This document shows, one piece after another, positions 36,241 through 48,753 of a stretch of DNA of 64,000 bases. Position 1 is the stretch's first letter; the number at the start of each line of letters is the position of its first letter. Source of the DNA: Rhizodiscina lignyota (taxonomy: Eukaryota); the NCBI GenBank assembly GCA_010015805.1, contig ML978122.1:1708453-1772452 (forward strand), in the 5' to 3' direction. A program made the translations under genes and the position numbers. The notes under the pieces were generated by a model. That model did no database searches, was not told the DNA's origin, and was given only the letters and a program-made list of their open reading frames with translations.

Positions 36241-37120
36241 TGAGAAGATGAGTGCGAGCACTATGTACATTAGTTGGCTCTTCTTCTGAATCGGTGTCGA
36301 AATGACCTTCCAACTCCGAATTTGTGTACAACATATGTAGGCCTTTTGTGCATACCTCTATCTTTTGTACCCGATACTTCAACGTTACCTAACCTCCAAG
36401 ATTAGGTTGGCTGAATTCGTAGTCAGCACGAAGTGTCATGGCCAACTTGATACGATGAAAAGAATCCCGAGTATCTTCGAATTACTTCTGCGAAATAGCC
36501 CAGGATCCAAACCACATGAGCGTGTTACATGCCAGAATTGAATTTCTATTCAAGCCCGCAGAGGGAATGATCAGGATCCAAGCAGAATCAAATTGGTTCT
36601 CTAAAGCCGTGCGGACTTGGATATGTTCGATGGAAAAGATAGTGAATGTTTGGTTCTTAAGGGTCACGGCAGAGATGTTTAAATCTCGATGATGACCAAG
36701 TCACAGTGTACAATACCAGTACTCTATCGCCTCTTAAACACCTGCCTAGCTAGTGGAAACATTCAACAGCCTGTGGGAAAATACTGAAGATCACCCTGCA
36801 GCATGTCACTTCAAAGTTTCAGAGACACGACTTGAGAAATTTCCGAGACTGCCGAAGTAATTGAAAAATCTGTGAGCTGAAGCTCTAGGGAAGACGGAAG
36901 TGAAGTCGACGCGCACAGAGCGTTGGAGGGTGATAGTTAGTAGCCTTGCTATTGTATACATTCCACCTCTGTAGAAAGCTTTCTTCTTTAAGAAACAGAA
37001 GTATCTCAATGACACGAATACCATTTTGTTGCTGTATATATGACACCTGAAGGATCACTGTCGTCCTTTCCTGGAGGCATCTCCAATTCGATACCGCATC
37101 CATTAGCATCGCATCATGTG

Positions 37121-40100
37121 TTAGCGACTTAGACAGAATATCATTGCTTCATGACCTTTATCGGCCCAGTCGAGAACCGTCCTCCCATCGACATCCGTCG
37201 CGAGGATACGAGCGCCCCTTATAAGGAGATATTGTACCATCAGGACATTCCCTTCACTCACTGCATAGTGAAGCGCAGTAGCATTCTTGCTACCATAGTG
37301 GGCGTTGATGTCAACACCATGGGCAAGAAGAAGATCAATGATCGCTACTGATCCATTCGTGACTGCCTTGTGTAATGCTGTGATCCCATCTCTGTGAACA
37401 GCTTTCACATCCGCTCCGGCTTCGATAAGCAGGCGCGTTATTTCCTCTGATCCTTTCCGCGCTGCCTTATGCAACGCTGTGGCCCCGTCTTTGTCAACGA
37501 CGTTTACATCTGCTCCAGCTCCGATGAGCAGGCGGGCTATTCCCTCTGATCCTTTCCGCGCTGCTTCGTGTAATGCTGTTGGTCCTATCTTTATTAACGG
37601 TGTTTACATCCGATCCAGCTCTGACGAGCAGGCGGGCTACTTCCGGTAGGCGCTCAGACGTTGCAAGATACAGAGCACTCTGGCCATAGTTGGTCTGTGC
37701 TGCTACGTCTGCCCCTTTCTCAAGAAGCCGCCGTATCAAAGCTACCGTGGGTTTCTTGCGGGGGAAGTGACCTAAAGCCAGGGGCAGAGCATTACGCCAG
37801 TACGGCTGCGGCGCATTTAGATCTGCTCCCTTTTGGATGAGAAGTTCAATCACAGACAGGCGTTCTTTAGCTATTTGTTCCTGGTCTTCTCTTTCCTGTT
37901 CTGTCGGAAAGTCATCCCCGTACTCGTACATGCGGATAAAATAGTCACTCGGCTTCGAACCGAATACCCACGACAGGGCTGTTTCTTCAGAATTGTCTTT
38001 CGCATCTGATCGTGCTCCATTGTCCAGTAGTTGCTTCACCACTGAAGCGCTTCCACATCCCGCTGCCATATGCAACGCCGTTACTCCACGCTTATCGGCT
38101 GCTTGTACATTAGCATCATGGTTGAGTAGAAGTCGAATGCCAGTGTTGTAGCCTCTACAGGCTGCCCAATGCAAAGGAGTTCTGCCAAAACACTCTTTCA
38201 TGTCGACGCTAGCCCCATTGGCTAGTAAGAGCCGCATCAAGTTGGCGTTCTCGCACGCAACAGCGATGTGTAAAGGAGGGATCTCGTCAGTGGCATTGAA
38301 ATTAGGATCTGCCCCCTTTTCCAGCAGGAGCCTGACTTCGTCTTCGTCTGCTTGGTCGACCGCACGGCCGATACGCATAGTTGCGAGCCATCGCTCCGTT
38401 TCATTGCCTTTGCCGATGTGCTCGAGCAATATCTTAAGAACACTCTCACGGTCGAACGCAGCAGCTTCATGGACTGCTGTTTTCCCTTCCTGGTCCTCGG
38501 CCAGTACGTTCGCATTGCTTTCCAACAGTATTTGGACTATTTCTGCTTGTCCTTTCCTTGTTGCATAGTGCAACGCAGTTTTGCCGGAATTGTCCTTGAT
38601 GGAGACATCAATGCCTTTCTCGATCAAGAGTTCCACAAGCTTAACATGACCAGCTTGAGCAGCCTGATGGAGCGCTGTCTGGCCGTATTGCTCGGTTGCA
38701 GATATATCGGCCCCGTTATTCAGGAGCAGGAGGACTAAAGCCTCGTGGCCCGTCTGTGCAGCTCGGTGCAACGGGGCCTCGCCATATTCCTCCAAATCAT
38801 CATCGCTGAATTTGTTGTGGGGCAGTTCGAGATAAGACACCCCGTCGGCGCGTCTCCTTCTACGACGAAACGTATGATTTCTCTGGTTAACATCTGCTCT
38901 CTTCTCAATCAGAATTCGTGCTACGTTGATATGGCCGCCCTCTGCTGCGAGCTGGAGCGGCGACTTTCCCACTGCACTTCTACGCTCATTACAGTCTGCC
39001 CCTGCTTCGATGAGTACTTGCACCACAGAATCGTGTCCCTCTTCGGCGGCAATGTAAAACGGCGTGATTTTCATTTTGGGGTGAGCCTCGGGTGCGACCT
39101 CTGCTCCCGCGTCCAACAGCAAGCGGACCATTTGAGTATGGCCTGCCCTTGCCGCTAGGTGAAGGGGTGTCATATCATCCTCCCCTCTCGCATTCACGTC
39201 GACCGCGCCCGCCAATAAACCCCGTGCAATGTCGACGAGACCGAACAAAGCGACGGCGTATAGTCGAGTTACATTTGGAGCCCTACCCTTTTCATGGAAC
39301 CAGGGCATCCCCCCATCGGTCGCTTGGTTGCCACTTAAGATGCTGATGCTATTGCTCAGATATTCCAAAGCAAGCTCACGGACATCGTCGTCCATTCCGC
39401 CGCGTATGTGAATCCCCCAGTAGTTGGCGGCATACCTCAAGAACGGATATTTTTCAAAGCGGGTCCTGAGTTCCTCATAGTTCGAGCAGTATTTCTCAGC
39501 AAATGGGCTAAATGCCAAATATGTCAGGCAGGTCTTAGCGATTGTTGAGCGTGTTTCGGATAGCTGGGCCAGACCAATGCGCTTAAAGTAACTTTGAGTT
39601 GTGTAGTGCACTAAGCGGATTTGATTGCTTTCCTCGTCCACGGTTACTAGGCCGGCACATACCGAGACCATGAGTTCTGTTTCATAGAGGCCATCTTCGT
39701 TGAGATCATCGTCGCCTGGCTCAACGGCCAGAGCGTGCCGCATTTCCGCCACGGTGAGTGGCCGGAGCGAACATGAAATCCAATACAGCACTTTGTGAGC
39801 TAGCGCAGCTTGGTTCTCATCTTGGTTCTGGATCCGCTTCATGGCTTGATTATAAGTCTCGTCAAGTTCCTTGGGTAGTCTGCCCAATGCTATGCGGACT
39901 TCGCGGAGATTGAGCTTTTTTGCCAGACCGTCCATGTGTAGCTGAGCAAGCAGAAACCTTACCCAAGAGCCAAAGTCAGCATGAACCAATATGAGAATCA
40001 AGAAATCAAAGTATGGGACATAAAGACAAACGCACATTCCTTGGCTATTTTGAACGACGGTCTTGATAATTTCCTCCATCAGGGCCGGATTTGAACGGAC

Positions 40101-41558
40101 ATGCTTCGATAGCGACCTCTCTTTTTCAATGCGAGCCTCGACATATCGCTTGACGTCTTCATCCGTAGCGCGGATACCAATATGCAGGACATTCTCGAAT
40201 CTCTCCTCGATACTTGGAGAATATCTAGAGGTAATAAGAATACGTGCATTCTTGGGTAACTTTTGGATCTCGGCGAGCAGTCTACCCCTGGTGTTACCAC
40301 GTTCGGGACACTCGTCAAGAGCATCTATCACGACGAAGATGAGTGAGTAAGTCTTGACTTCTTGTACCAGCAGTTGAGCGAGATCGTCTAACTGAGGTGG
40401 CATCTTTTTCTGGAGGCGCTCCTTGTAAAGTCCGCGTAAATCGTCAGGAAGAGTACCCTTATATTGGACGACCTGCTTCAATAGGCTTCCTATCATGTTC
40501 TCCGGTGTTTGAACCTCCTCTTCCTTGTAGCTGCAGTATAGGTAGATCACAGCAGTATGCGTGCTTTGATGCTGGCGCTCAAGCCAATCAATAGCCATAG
40601 ACCTATAGACTGAGGTTAGCACTCTCCAGAACCGCCGAACATTCTTGTACTGGAGCGGGGTTTCCATACGCTAGGGTCGTCTTGCCAGCACCCGCTTCAT
40701 TTCGTTAGCGGGATGAGATGAATAATAGGGCGTGGCCGATCTTACGCAGCCCTGGGCACCACAGAGTCCTCTCCTTTCCATCTAGCCAATGCTGGAATTT
40801 AGGGTCAGAGAGGAGCCACTCTCCCGTTCCAGCTTGTCGCCGGTTGAAAAAGTCAATCTGCTTAGTTGCAAAGTCGAGGCGGGAGAGCCAGGCAGTGATC
40901 TCCTGAAATTCTTCATCTAAATGGTCGCTCTCGTGATTAGTTTGAGCTGTACGAGTATCCATTTCATAGACTGTAAATACGATTCATACGAACCTTCTCG
41001 CTTCACAATAGCTTCATCAATGGTCCCCCGTAAGTCCTCTTTGACATCAGTCAGATCTCGTTTCATTGCTAGAGCAAGCTTGCTAAGGAAACATCAGCGA
41101 TTCAAGGAATTTCCATTGAAATTAGAGTCTTACAACTGATCATTCTGCAAAGCAAGCGTGACGAGCGTCTTGACCCGCTCAATCTGCGCGAGTATCTCCT
41201 CGGCCTCTTTCTTCTCAAGCGTCCAGATTAAGGCCTTTCCCACCCTCTTAAGCCGACTGGTAGACGGCTCAAGTTTCGTTGCCAAGCGTTTCATTTGGTC
41301 TTGTAATTGATCCAGTGGGCCGCCCTCAATGCCCAGGTTGCGGAGACCCATGAACCATGAATCCGTGGCAGATTTGGCTTCCTCTACCTGGTATCTCAGA
41401 TCATTTAACAGAGTCATAAGGCTCGAAGCGTGTCGAGCTAACTGGGCCCGCTCAGTGGGGGCATCTTTGACGTCGTTCACATATCTGATGACCGTCACTG
41501 TCGTTTCAATTAGCTGAGTGATAGTAGTGACGAGGCCCGCCACCGAAACAGGATCCAT
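37121..41558 (-). CDS. Fungal NLR-like STAND protein: N-terminal HeLo-like domain, NACHT, winged helix, ankyrin repeats; +1 frameshift near 37580
   Basis: N-terminus MDPVSVAGLV...VKDAPTER...LIWTLEKKE. RQAGTGEWLL, spliced Walker A CPGL(P)GAGKTTLA, Walker B FVVIDALDEC, FLLAQLHM, RPLTVAEMRHAL, CAGLV, LVHYTTQSYF. Numerous TPLH/TALH ankyrin repeats. Confidence 0.88.
37320..37625 (-). repeat. Three similar ~99-bp tandem ankyrin-coding units
   Basis: The 22-mer CCTCTGATCCTTTCCGCGCTGC occurs at 37444 and 37543 (99 nt apart). The DVN/DVK anchors end at 37411, 37510 and 37610. Confidence 0.8.
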
Positions 41559-42503
41559 CGTTAGGTGCTGTGGGTGTGCTCTTGGGAAGGCTGAGGCAGA
41601 CGTGGGGCCACGATATTTGGGCTGCGAGTTCAGCTGCAGTTTGTCACGTGAAATCTGCACATTTCCAATTGCAGGTGCCCAAGAAGAATAAGGTGCGGCG
41701 GGGCGGTAGTTACTAGGTAGCCTTGTGAACGAGGTGCATGTGGCTGAGTCGTTGCCTGAGAAGCAGACGTGGCATAGTCCTTGTGGTCAAGGCAAGGCGT
41801 AAACCCCTGGATGGCTTGCATTGTTCCTGAGTAGGTCAAATCGGCTTCATTAAGCCAGTATTATCATACTGGGTTCATGGGCCTGTGAGCTGTGTCCGTT
41901 TAGATCGGTGAAGAAGCTGTCATTGTTATATGATAGGTTATGTTTGCGACTCAATCGGCCTTCATCCTCGTCGAATCTCGTGCTGTCCTCGCCGCGAAGT
42001 CAAATGTATTAGTGAGGTCTAATTTTATCACGGATCAGATTCCGTTGGGAGGGGGATGTACCCAAGTTCCAGGTGGCCATGTACCTAGCGCTAGCCTCAG
42101 CTGGGTGGCTTTAATCTCCACTCCGGGTGATCTCCGGGTCCGTCATGACCCGCACCTGCCGCCTTGTTTGATTCAAGTCGCCCTCCTCCAAATATGACCA
42201 GTTAGGAGCAAAAACTCCTGAACAATATCTTCCTCTCGAATCCCCCAACCGAATGCTGCAGCCACTATATTCGAGGGCAGATACTCATTAGTTGAAATCA
42301 CATTCATAACCGCCCAGAAAATCTCCGCTAAAGATTTAGCGCATTCTCACTGCACCGTTTAGTCATTGACCACGCCCTAGTACAGCTGTCCAGTTTCCTC
42401 TTTCGTTCTTTACAAAGACTATTAAAATCATTGAAATACTCTTTTGACTCTCTACCTCTATTCGTGCTATCAGCTCGCACTCACATTCATCGAAATTGGC
42501 AAG

Positions 42504-43882
42504 ATGGTGAAGATTGAGCCTTTTGCTTTAGAAATAGTAAGCTCTCATTTCTTTCATCCCCTTGGTGCGACTGGAGTTAGCACTTTCGTGGGCCTCATAA
42601 CCCATTCAAAACCTATTTGTAAATATTTTAATTTGGCTGATATCTCATAGTGGATGGACAAGTTCGAGAAGGACTGCAAGTACAACATTGCAGAGACATG
42701 CTGCGCATCAATATCTCTTGACAAACTGCAAGAGCTTTCGGAGGACAAGACGACAACCATTCTTCCATCATCCAAGATCCTTAACTATGGCGCCATAAGA
42801 GGATCTGAGTCGCTCCGTGGTAATCTCTCAAGATTGTACTCCGCAAAGACAGGGAACCCCCTCCCTGCTGAGAACATTCTCATCACTCCTGGAGCTATCG
42901 CCGCAAACCATCTATTCTTGTATTCCTTCGTAGGACCAGGAGATCATGTGATATGCCATTATCCTACCTATCAACAGCTGTACTCGATTCCCGAGTCATT
43001 GGGCGCCGAAGTCGACCTTTGGAAGGCCAAATCGGAGAAGAACTGGATCCCCGATATCGAGGAGTTGAAATCTTTGATAAAACCAAATACAAAACTCATT
43101 ATCATTAAGTGAGTTTGCATGTTCCATGTCAGAGAATACCTACGTGCTGACTACAGTTACTCAGCAATCCAAACAACCCGACCGGAGCAGTACTTCCAAA
43201 GACGCTGCTTCAGAACCTCATAGACGTGGCATCGACCCGCTCACCGCCGATTACCATTCTCTCAGATGAGGTTTATCGCCCTGTTTTCCATTCAATCTCT
43301 CCGATGGATGCGGAATTCCCACCATCAATTCTTTCAATGGGCTACCGTAACGCGGTCTCTACTGGTTCCATGTCAAAGGCTTATTCCCTTGCCGGTATCC
43401 GGACTGGGTGGATCGCATCCCGGAACCCTGATATCATCGAAACATGTGCCCAAGCACGAGATTACACGACGATCAGCGTCAGTCAACTCGATGAGCAGGT
43501 CGCTGCTTTTGCTCTGTCCCCGAGCACGATCCATGCATTGCTATCGAGGAACATTCAACTAGCCAAGACGAATTTGAGCATCCTGGCAAAGTTTGTCGAC
43601 CGTCACGATGATATCTGCTCCTGGGTGTCGCCGAAAGCAGGCACGACAGCGTTTGTGAGATTTCACAGAGAAGGAAATGCGATTGACAGTGCCGAATTTT
43701 GCAAGAGGCTATTGGACAAGACTGGGGTGCTTTTCGCCCCCGGGAAGGAGAGCTTTGGAGACGACTTCGAAGGGTATGTGAGGATTGGGTATGTCTGCGA
43801 GACAGAAGTGTTGAAAGGAGGCCTCGATAAGACAAAAGTGTGGCTGAGAAAGGAGTTTGACGACATCCCCCTGGCAGCGTAG
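42504..43882 (+). CDS. PLP-dependent class I/II aminotransferase; 3 exons
   Basis: MVKIEPFALEI|WMD...YNIAETC, HYPTYQQL, IIIN|NPNNPTG, SDEVYR, GSMSKAYSLAGIRTGW (PLP lysine). Confidence 0.9.
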
Positions 43883-44597
43883 TATGCTTTATCTGTCCCT
43901 AGAGTCCGGGTGCCACCCTTGATCGACTACAGTTGTGCAGTTGCGATGTTGTTGACCTGAACTCGTAGCTCTCGACCGTTAAACTAAGCCTTTCAAGGCC
44001 AAGAGTATCCTAGCCCTGTTTGCTGTTGTCTCGGACTCCCCACTTTTCAGCCCGTCCGTACAAAATCTCGCCGAACGGGTTCCTGACGCTCACTTTCTTT
44101 CTCCATCATGTCAAACTCTCCGTCAGCAACAAATCCATCCAATATTTGCTGCGCATGCATTAAGGTCTCTACCTTGTTGCATGGCCACAACCTTATTGGC
44201 GACATCGTCTCCCAAGTCGTATTAGACCAAGCGAGGTTCTGCATTAGTGCATGCAAGAAAGTCTTGCGTGCCGATAGTCGTTCAAAATGCACAACCCACG
44301 AATGGCAGACACCGGGTAGTATGTGCCGAACGATCTATTCCCCCAAAACTTTCCTTCTGTACCTGTCATCCTCGAATTTTCCTCATGCAAGTACATGAGT
44401 CGGCTCTCAGCCTTAGGAATTGAACCCCCGCGACGGCAGTAATCGCCCCGCGTTCAGAGTCGCGATGCATTCAAAACTCATGCCTAGGCACGAGTTTGTC
44501 TGGCGGATTCTTTTTTGTCTTTTGCTTTTGCTAAATTCAGACTCTCGTTTGCGGGTACCGTCTTTTTGTGTGTAGGGTTTTTCTTTTCGTGATTACC

Positions 44598-47044
44598 ATG
44601 TTTCGTCATACGATAGTTGCGTTCGCAGTCGCTACAATCTGCGAAAGTTATACCTTTGTTCCGCGTAGTAAGAGAATACTCATATTTTAAGGCATTAATT
44701 CTAATGGATGACTACTAGCGACTATCGGCAATGGAACTACGACGGCTGCACCGGCTCCAACGGGAGGTTCGTGTGTTGCAGAATGCACAATGGGCGAGTC
44801 ACCGGGCCCCTTAATTCCTGTAATATCTTGGACGCAGCGGGTGTTCAACCGAACTGTCAAAGCGGCAGAAGTGACAGTGATAATCAATCGGAAAACGAAT
44901 ACTACAAGAACAATAACAAGTCAACTGGCCTTGCCTTCTGGACTTACAGTGCCACCCACGAATAGCGCAGGCTCACACGTGGTCACTGTAACTACAGACT
45001 CACTGAATGGGACAACGACAATGTTAGCTACTTGGCTTCCCTGTAACAAGCAGTACTGACTCTATCGAACAGAGCGTTTCCAACCCTGTGGACGCAATAT
45101 GCCTCGTCATACAACTGGTATGGCACACTTCCAACGACGACTACGGATGGGGAGAGCATTTGCCAGACATATGATGAACCCGGCGGGCCATTCATCACGC
45201 TGCCTTCTCATCCACAACCAGGCCCTATCCAATTTCCAACGGACATCTCGTCATATGCGGCAGGAACAGACTCCCTAAATATCACCGTGCCCTGGCCAAG
45301 TACGGGCGACAAACAAGGCATTTATTATGACACTGTGACAGCTCTGATAAACGCGCAATCATTCTATGAGTCTGTCTTTCCGCAGGAAGAAGCGTTTTCT
45401 GACTGCTTCTGGGGCACCGGACCCGCACCAGCCACCGCGCTCGAAACGGCTTTGTTGTTGACTGACACCCACACTTCCTACGAAGATGATGAACCGACGA
45501 CTTCACCGGCCCAATCAAAGAGTCCATCAAATAGTCCGTCGAAAAGCCCTGCGACACCGGCACCACAGTCCGCACAAACTACGACAAGCGTGAATGCAGG
45601 AGGGATACCTGGTTCAAGTGGATCTACGGCCACTGAGGCTTCCAAGACCGCTTCAGAACCGCAACCGACTTCAGAACCGCAACCGACTTCTGAGCCTCAA
45701 CCGACTTCTGAGCCTCAACCGACTTCTGAGCCGCAACCGACTTCTGGGCCGCAACCGGCTTCTGAACCGCAACCGACTTCTGAACTGCAACCGACTTCTG
45801 GCTCTGGTCCTTCATCTGGTTCATCAAACTCTGGCTCCTCGAACACTGGATCCAGTGCAGGGTCGTCCAATCCAGGATCGCCCAACTCGGGCACATCTAA
45901 TTCCGCATCTAGCTTAGGACCATCAAACCCGGAATCGAGTTCTGGACCTAGTTCTAATTCCGTACCGAACTCGAACTCTCAGTCGGGCTCCAACTCTGAA
46001 TCCAACTCAAGCGGATCGGAGTCAAATACCAGCTCAGGTTCTGAGTCCGGTTCCAATTCCGTATCTGAAGGCTCAAGCCCGTCAGGATCAGGCTCATCCG
46101 GCTCAGGCTCATCCGGCTCAGGCTCATCCGGCTCAGGCTCATCGAACTCTAGTCCTACTTCCGGGGCTCAAGAAGGCTCTGGATCTGGCTCCTCTGCAGC
46201 ACCACAGCCCATTGTCATCGCAGGCGCAACATTTACGCCCACAACTCTTGCTCCGAGCGGCGGTAGCTCAGAGTCAAGCCCGGCGCCAGCATTCGTCGGC
46301 GCAGGGCAGACACTCGCTCCATCCAGACCCATAACCCTCGGCTCTGGCTCATCCACAACGGTTGCGTCCATCGGCACAAACGCGGCAGGTGAAAGTGTGC
46401 TCGTTGTTGGAAGCAGCACGTCGATACTCCCGACTGCTGGGGTTGGCGGCCCTGGCGGCAGCGGAAGCTCGGGGAGTGGAGCTGGTGGGTCTTCGGGAGG
46501 CTTAGGCGGATTTATCATGTCGGGACTTGGTGGCGTCGCGACTTCTCTGGCTTCAGAAGGCGCGACGGCTTCTGGATCACCGGGCGGCGCCAGTGGTGCT
46601 AATTCCGAGGGGAGCGTGAGCATCACAGCAGCAGTGTTCACTATCACACCAACAAATAATGGGGGATCTGGGGGCGGAAGCGCAGGCGCCCCGGCGACCC
46701 TTGCGGCGGCACAGGAGTCCAGCGGCGTGTTCGTCATCCCTGTACCAACAACTGGCGCTTCCGGCAGTGTGGGGACGTCCATGGTTACAATTTCTGCCGG
46801 AGGAAGCGCAGTGACTGTAGAAGGAGCAACGATCAGCGCCGTGGGAACTGGTGTTGTTGTGAAAGGCCCGGGGAGCAGCGGCAGTACTACAATCGGCGCG
46901 AGTACTGGCGTGGTCGCGACTGGCACAGGAGCGGGGACGAGTGGCACAGTCCAGTTTGAAGGCAGTGCCGGAAGGATCGATGAAACACTGTGGGGAAGTT
47001 TGGTATGGACTGGGCTGTCAATAGGCACGCTGTTGATTCTGTGA
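44598..47044 (+). CDS. Secreted, probably GPI-anchored Ser/Gly/Thr-rich cell-surface protein; 3 exons
   Basis: Signal-peptide-like MFRHTIVAFAVATIC. Two in-frame introns. Cys-containing N-terminal domain, tandem repeats, and FEGSAG plus a hydrophobic tail. Confidence 0.75.
45653..45800 (+). repeat. 18-bp coding minisatellite (SEPQPT) x8
   Basis: TCAGAACCGCAACCGACT / TCTGAGCCTCAACCGACT units. Confidence 0.9.
46082..46142 (+). repeat. 15-bp coding minisatellite (SGSGS) x4
   Basis: TCCGGCTCAGGCTCA repeated. Confidence 0.85.
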
Positions 47045-47496
47045 CGGCAGTGGATGTGAATATTATTTGCTTTTGATTTAGTTGTAGATATAATGAACGA
47101 CTTGACTACATTAATTTGCGTAGTGGGTATAATGCAAAAGGATAGTAATGCGGCAGCTTGGAGCCATGCGCGTGTAGAAGGCCAGCTCTTTGACGCCGGA
47201 TCCCAGATAGCCGCCCAATGAAATTCCATTTTCCCTGATCCAAGGTCTCAAAGAAGACGCCGTTGCCTTTCCTTTCCTGAAAAGACCGAATGTCCATGGA
47301 TCTATGGATGTTCGTTGCAATTTTCGAAAAAAAAAGATGGTCTGGGGTGGACCGTGAGGTCTCTCAGGCCGTGAGGGCAGAATGATTCTAGCTTTGCTGT
47401 TTTGTTCTCAACCTTTCTTCCTGCTCTGCTTGAACATGCGCGACAATTACCACCCTTGCAATACAATAAGTATGCAAGAACGAGCCGATTCACGGC

Positions 47497-48753
47497 TCAA
47501 TAGTCCGTCCAATGCAGGGCCTCGACCTTTTCTACTTTCGGCGCTGAAATCTTCAACTTCGTCTCCTTAACGCCGGATGCGGGTTCGGCATTGTCAGCTT
47601 TTCGGTTGAACGCGCCCTTCACCTCACTCTTAAGCTTGCTTCCTAGCCTCAGGAGCACGGGTGCACGTGGTGTTGGCGTGATCTTCGGCCTGCCAGTTGA
47701 AGCAGCCGGGGTGGGATCCACGTTGGTGGGTTTCGGTATTGGGTAATATGCGGCGTTCTCTGAGTTGTTGCTGGGAGTATGCCTATGATTTGACAATGGA
47801 GATGCCGGTTTTATGTCGCTATGACCAAATCGCATGCGGGCATCCCGAGCGGCAGCAAAGTCAAAGTCATTGGATCGATCGATGGGAGAAGTTGCCTCGC
47901 CGACCTTTGGAGACTGCGAAGTCGATGAATCAACGTGGCGTTGAGCATCAGTGGTGGCTGTTGTTGCGAATGGTCTCTCGATTGGAGAGCCAAAGCGATG
48001 GCGAGGTGGTGATAGGCTCCGAGTGGATAGCCGTTGCAAGCCCCGGTTTAGATCTGCTGCTCTTACGCGTTCTCGTCCACGGTAAGGAGGATCTGAGGGC
48101 GACGATGAAGTCGATGCCGCGATAAAGTGAGCGGCATAGGCAGCTGCATAGTCCTCTTCTGCTAGGGCAGTCTCGTATGGTGTGCTGCGGCCTGAGGCAG
48201 CTTGAGAAGCGCCTCTGGAGACGTGTACGACAGGAATGGGCTCGGATGGATGGCGGCTATGAGACTTCGCTTGGAAGGAGACATCTTTCTTCTCGTCACG
48301 CGAAAGGCCGGAGTGGACATGGAAGTCAATGCTCAGGTAGTCGTCAGAGTCCGGGGATGAAGGCGAGGAGCCCGCAATTTGAGGCTGAAAATCCGACAAT
48401 CCAAACCGTGGTGTACGAGGTGTTACAGGCGATATGTCCATGGGAGTCATTGGACCATCCTCATTCGGGGGCAAGAAACGAAATGGACTTCGTCCATCTC
48501 CAGGCAGCACCGGCGTTATGCCGCCCGGTACTCTCAGAGTGCCAGCGTTATTGGGGAAGCCTGACGAAGGCACGGGGGAGGTAGACTGTGATCCGGAGGA
48601 TGCATATCGTCTGAGCCCCAAGCTGTCATAGCTTTTCTGACGTCTCGCTCGAGGAAGACCTTGAGAAGGCAAACCAGGACCTCGAGAGGCGGTCTGGTTC
48701 TTTGTCGCCGCAGAAGAAGTGTCTGTGAACGAATCGGATCGTTCATGAGACAT
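47497..48753 (-). CDS. Hypothetical Ser/Pro-rich, probably disordered protein
   Basis: Uninterrupted ORF of about 418 aa from ATG 48753, ending in a compact KISAPKVEKVEALHWTDY motif; no recognised domain. Confidence 0.65.
   Translation of the reverse strand: MSHERSDSFTDTSSAATKNQTASRGPGLPSQGLPRARRQKSYDSLGLRRYASSGSQSTSPVPSSGFPNNAGTLRVPGGITPVLPGDGRSPFRFLPPNEDGPMTPMDISPVTPRTPRFGLSDFQPQIAGSSPSSPDSDDYLSIDFHVHSGLSRDEKKDVSFQAKSHSRHPSEPIPVVHVSRGASQAASGRSTPYETALAEEDYAAAYAAHFIAASTSSSPSDPPYRGRERVRAADLNRGLQRLSTRSLSPPRHRFGSPIERPFATTATTDAQRHVDSSTSQSPKVGEATSPIDRSNDFDFAAARDARMRFGHSDIKPASPLSNHRHTPSNNSENAAYYPIPKPTNVDPTPAASTGRPKITPTPRAPVLLRLGSKLKSEVKGAFNRKADNAEPASGVKETKLKISAPKVEKVEALHWTDY

Noticed and set aside
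45653..45800. Repeats as a Kex2-processed RiPP (dikaritin) precursor or a CRISPR array
   Set aside because: No KR/RR sites between units and no spacers; this is a coding minisatellite.
46168..47229. 353-aa antisense ORF
   Set aside because: Shadow of the low-complexity surface-protein gene.
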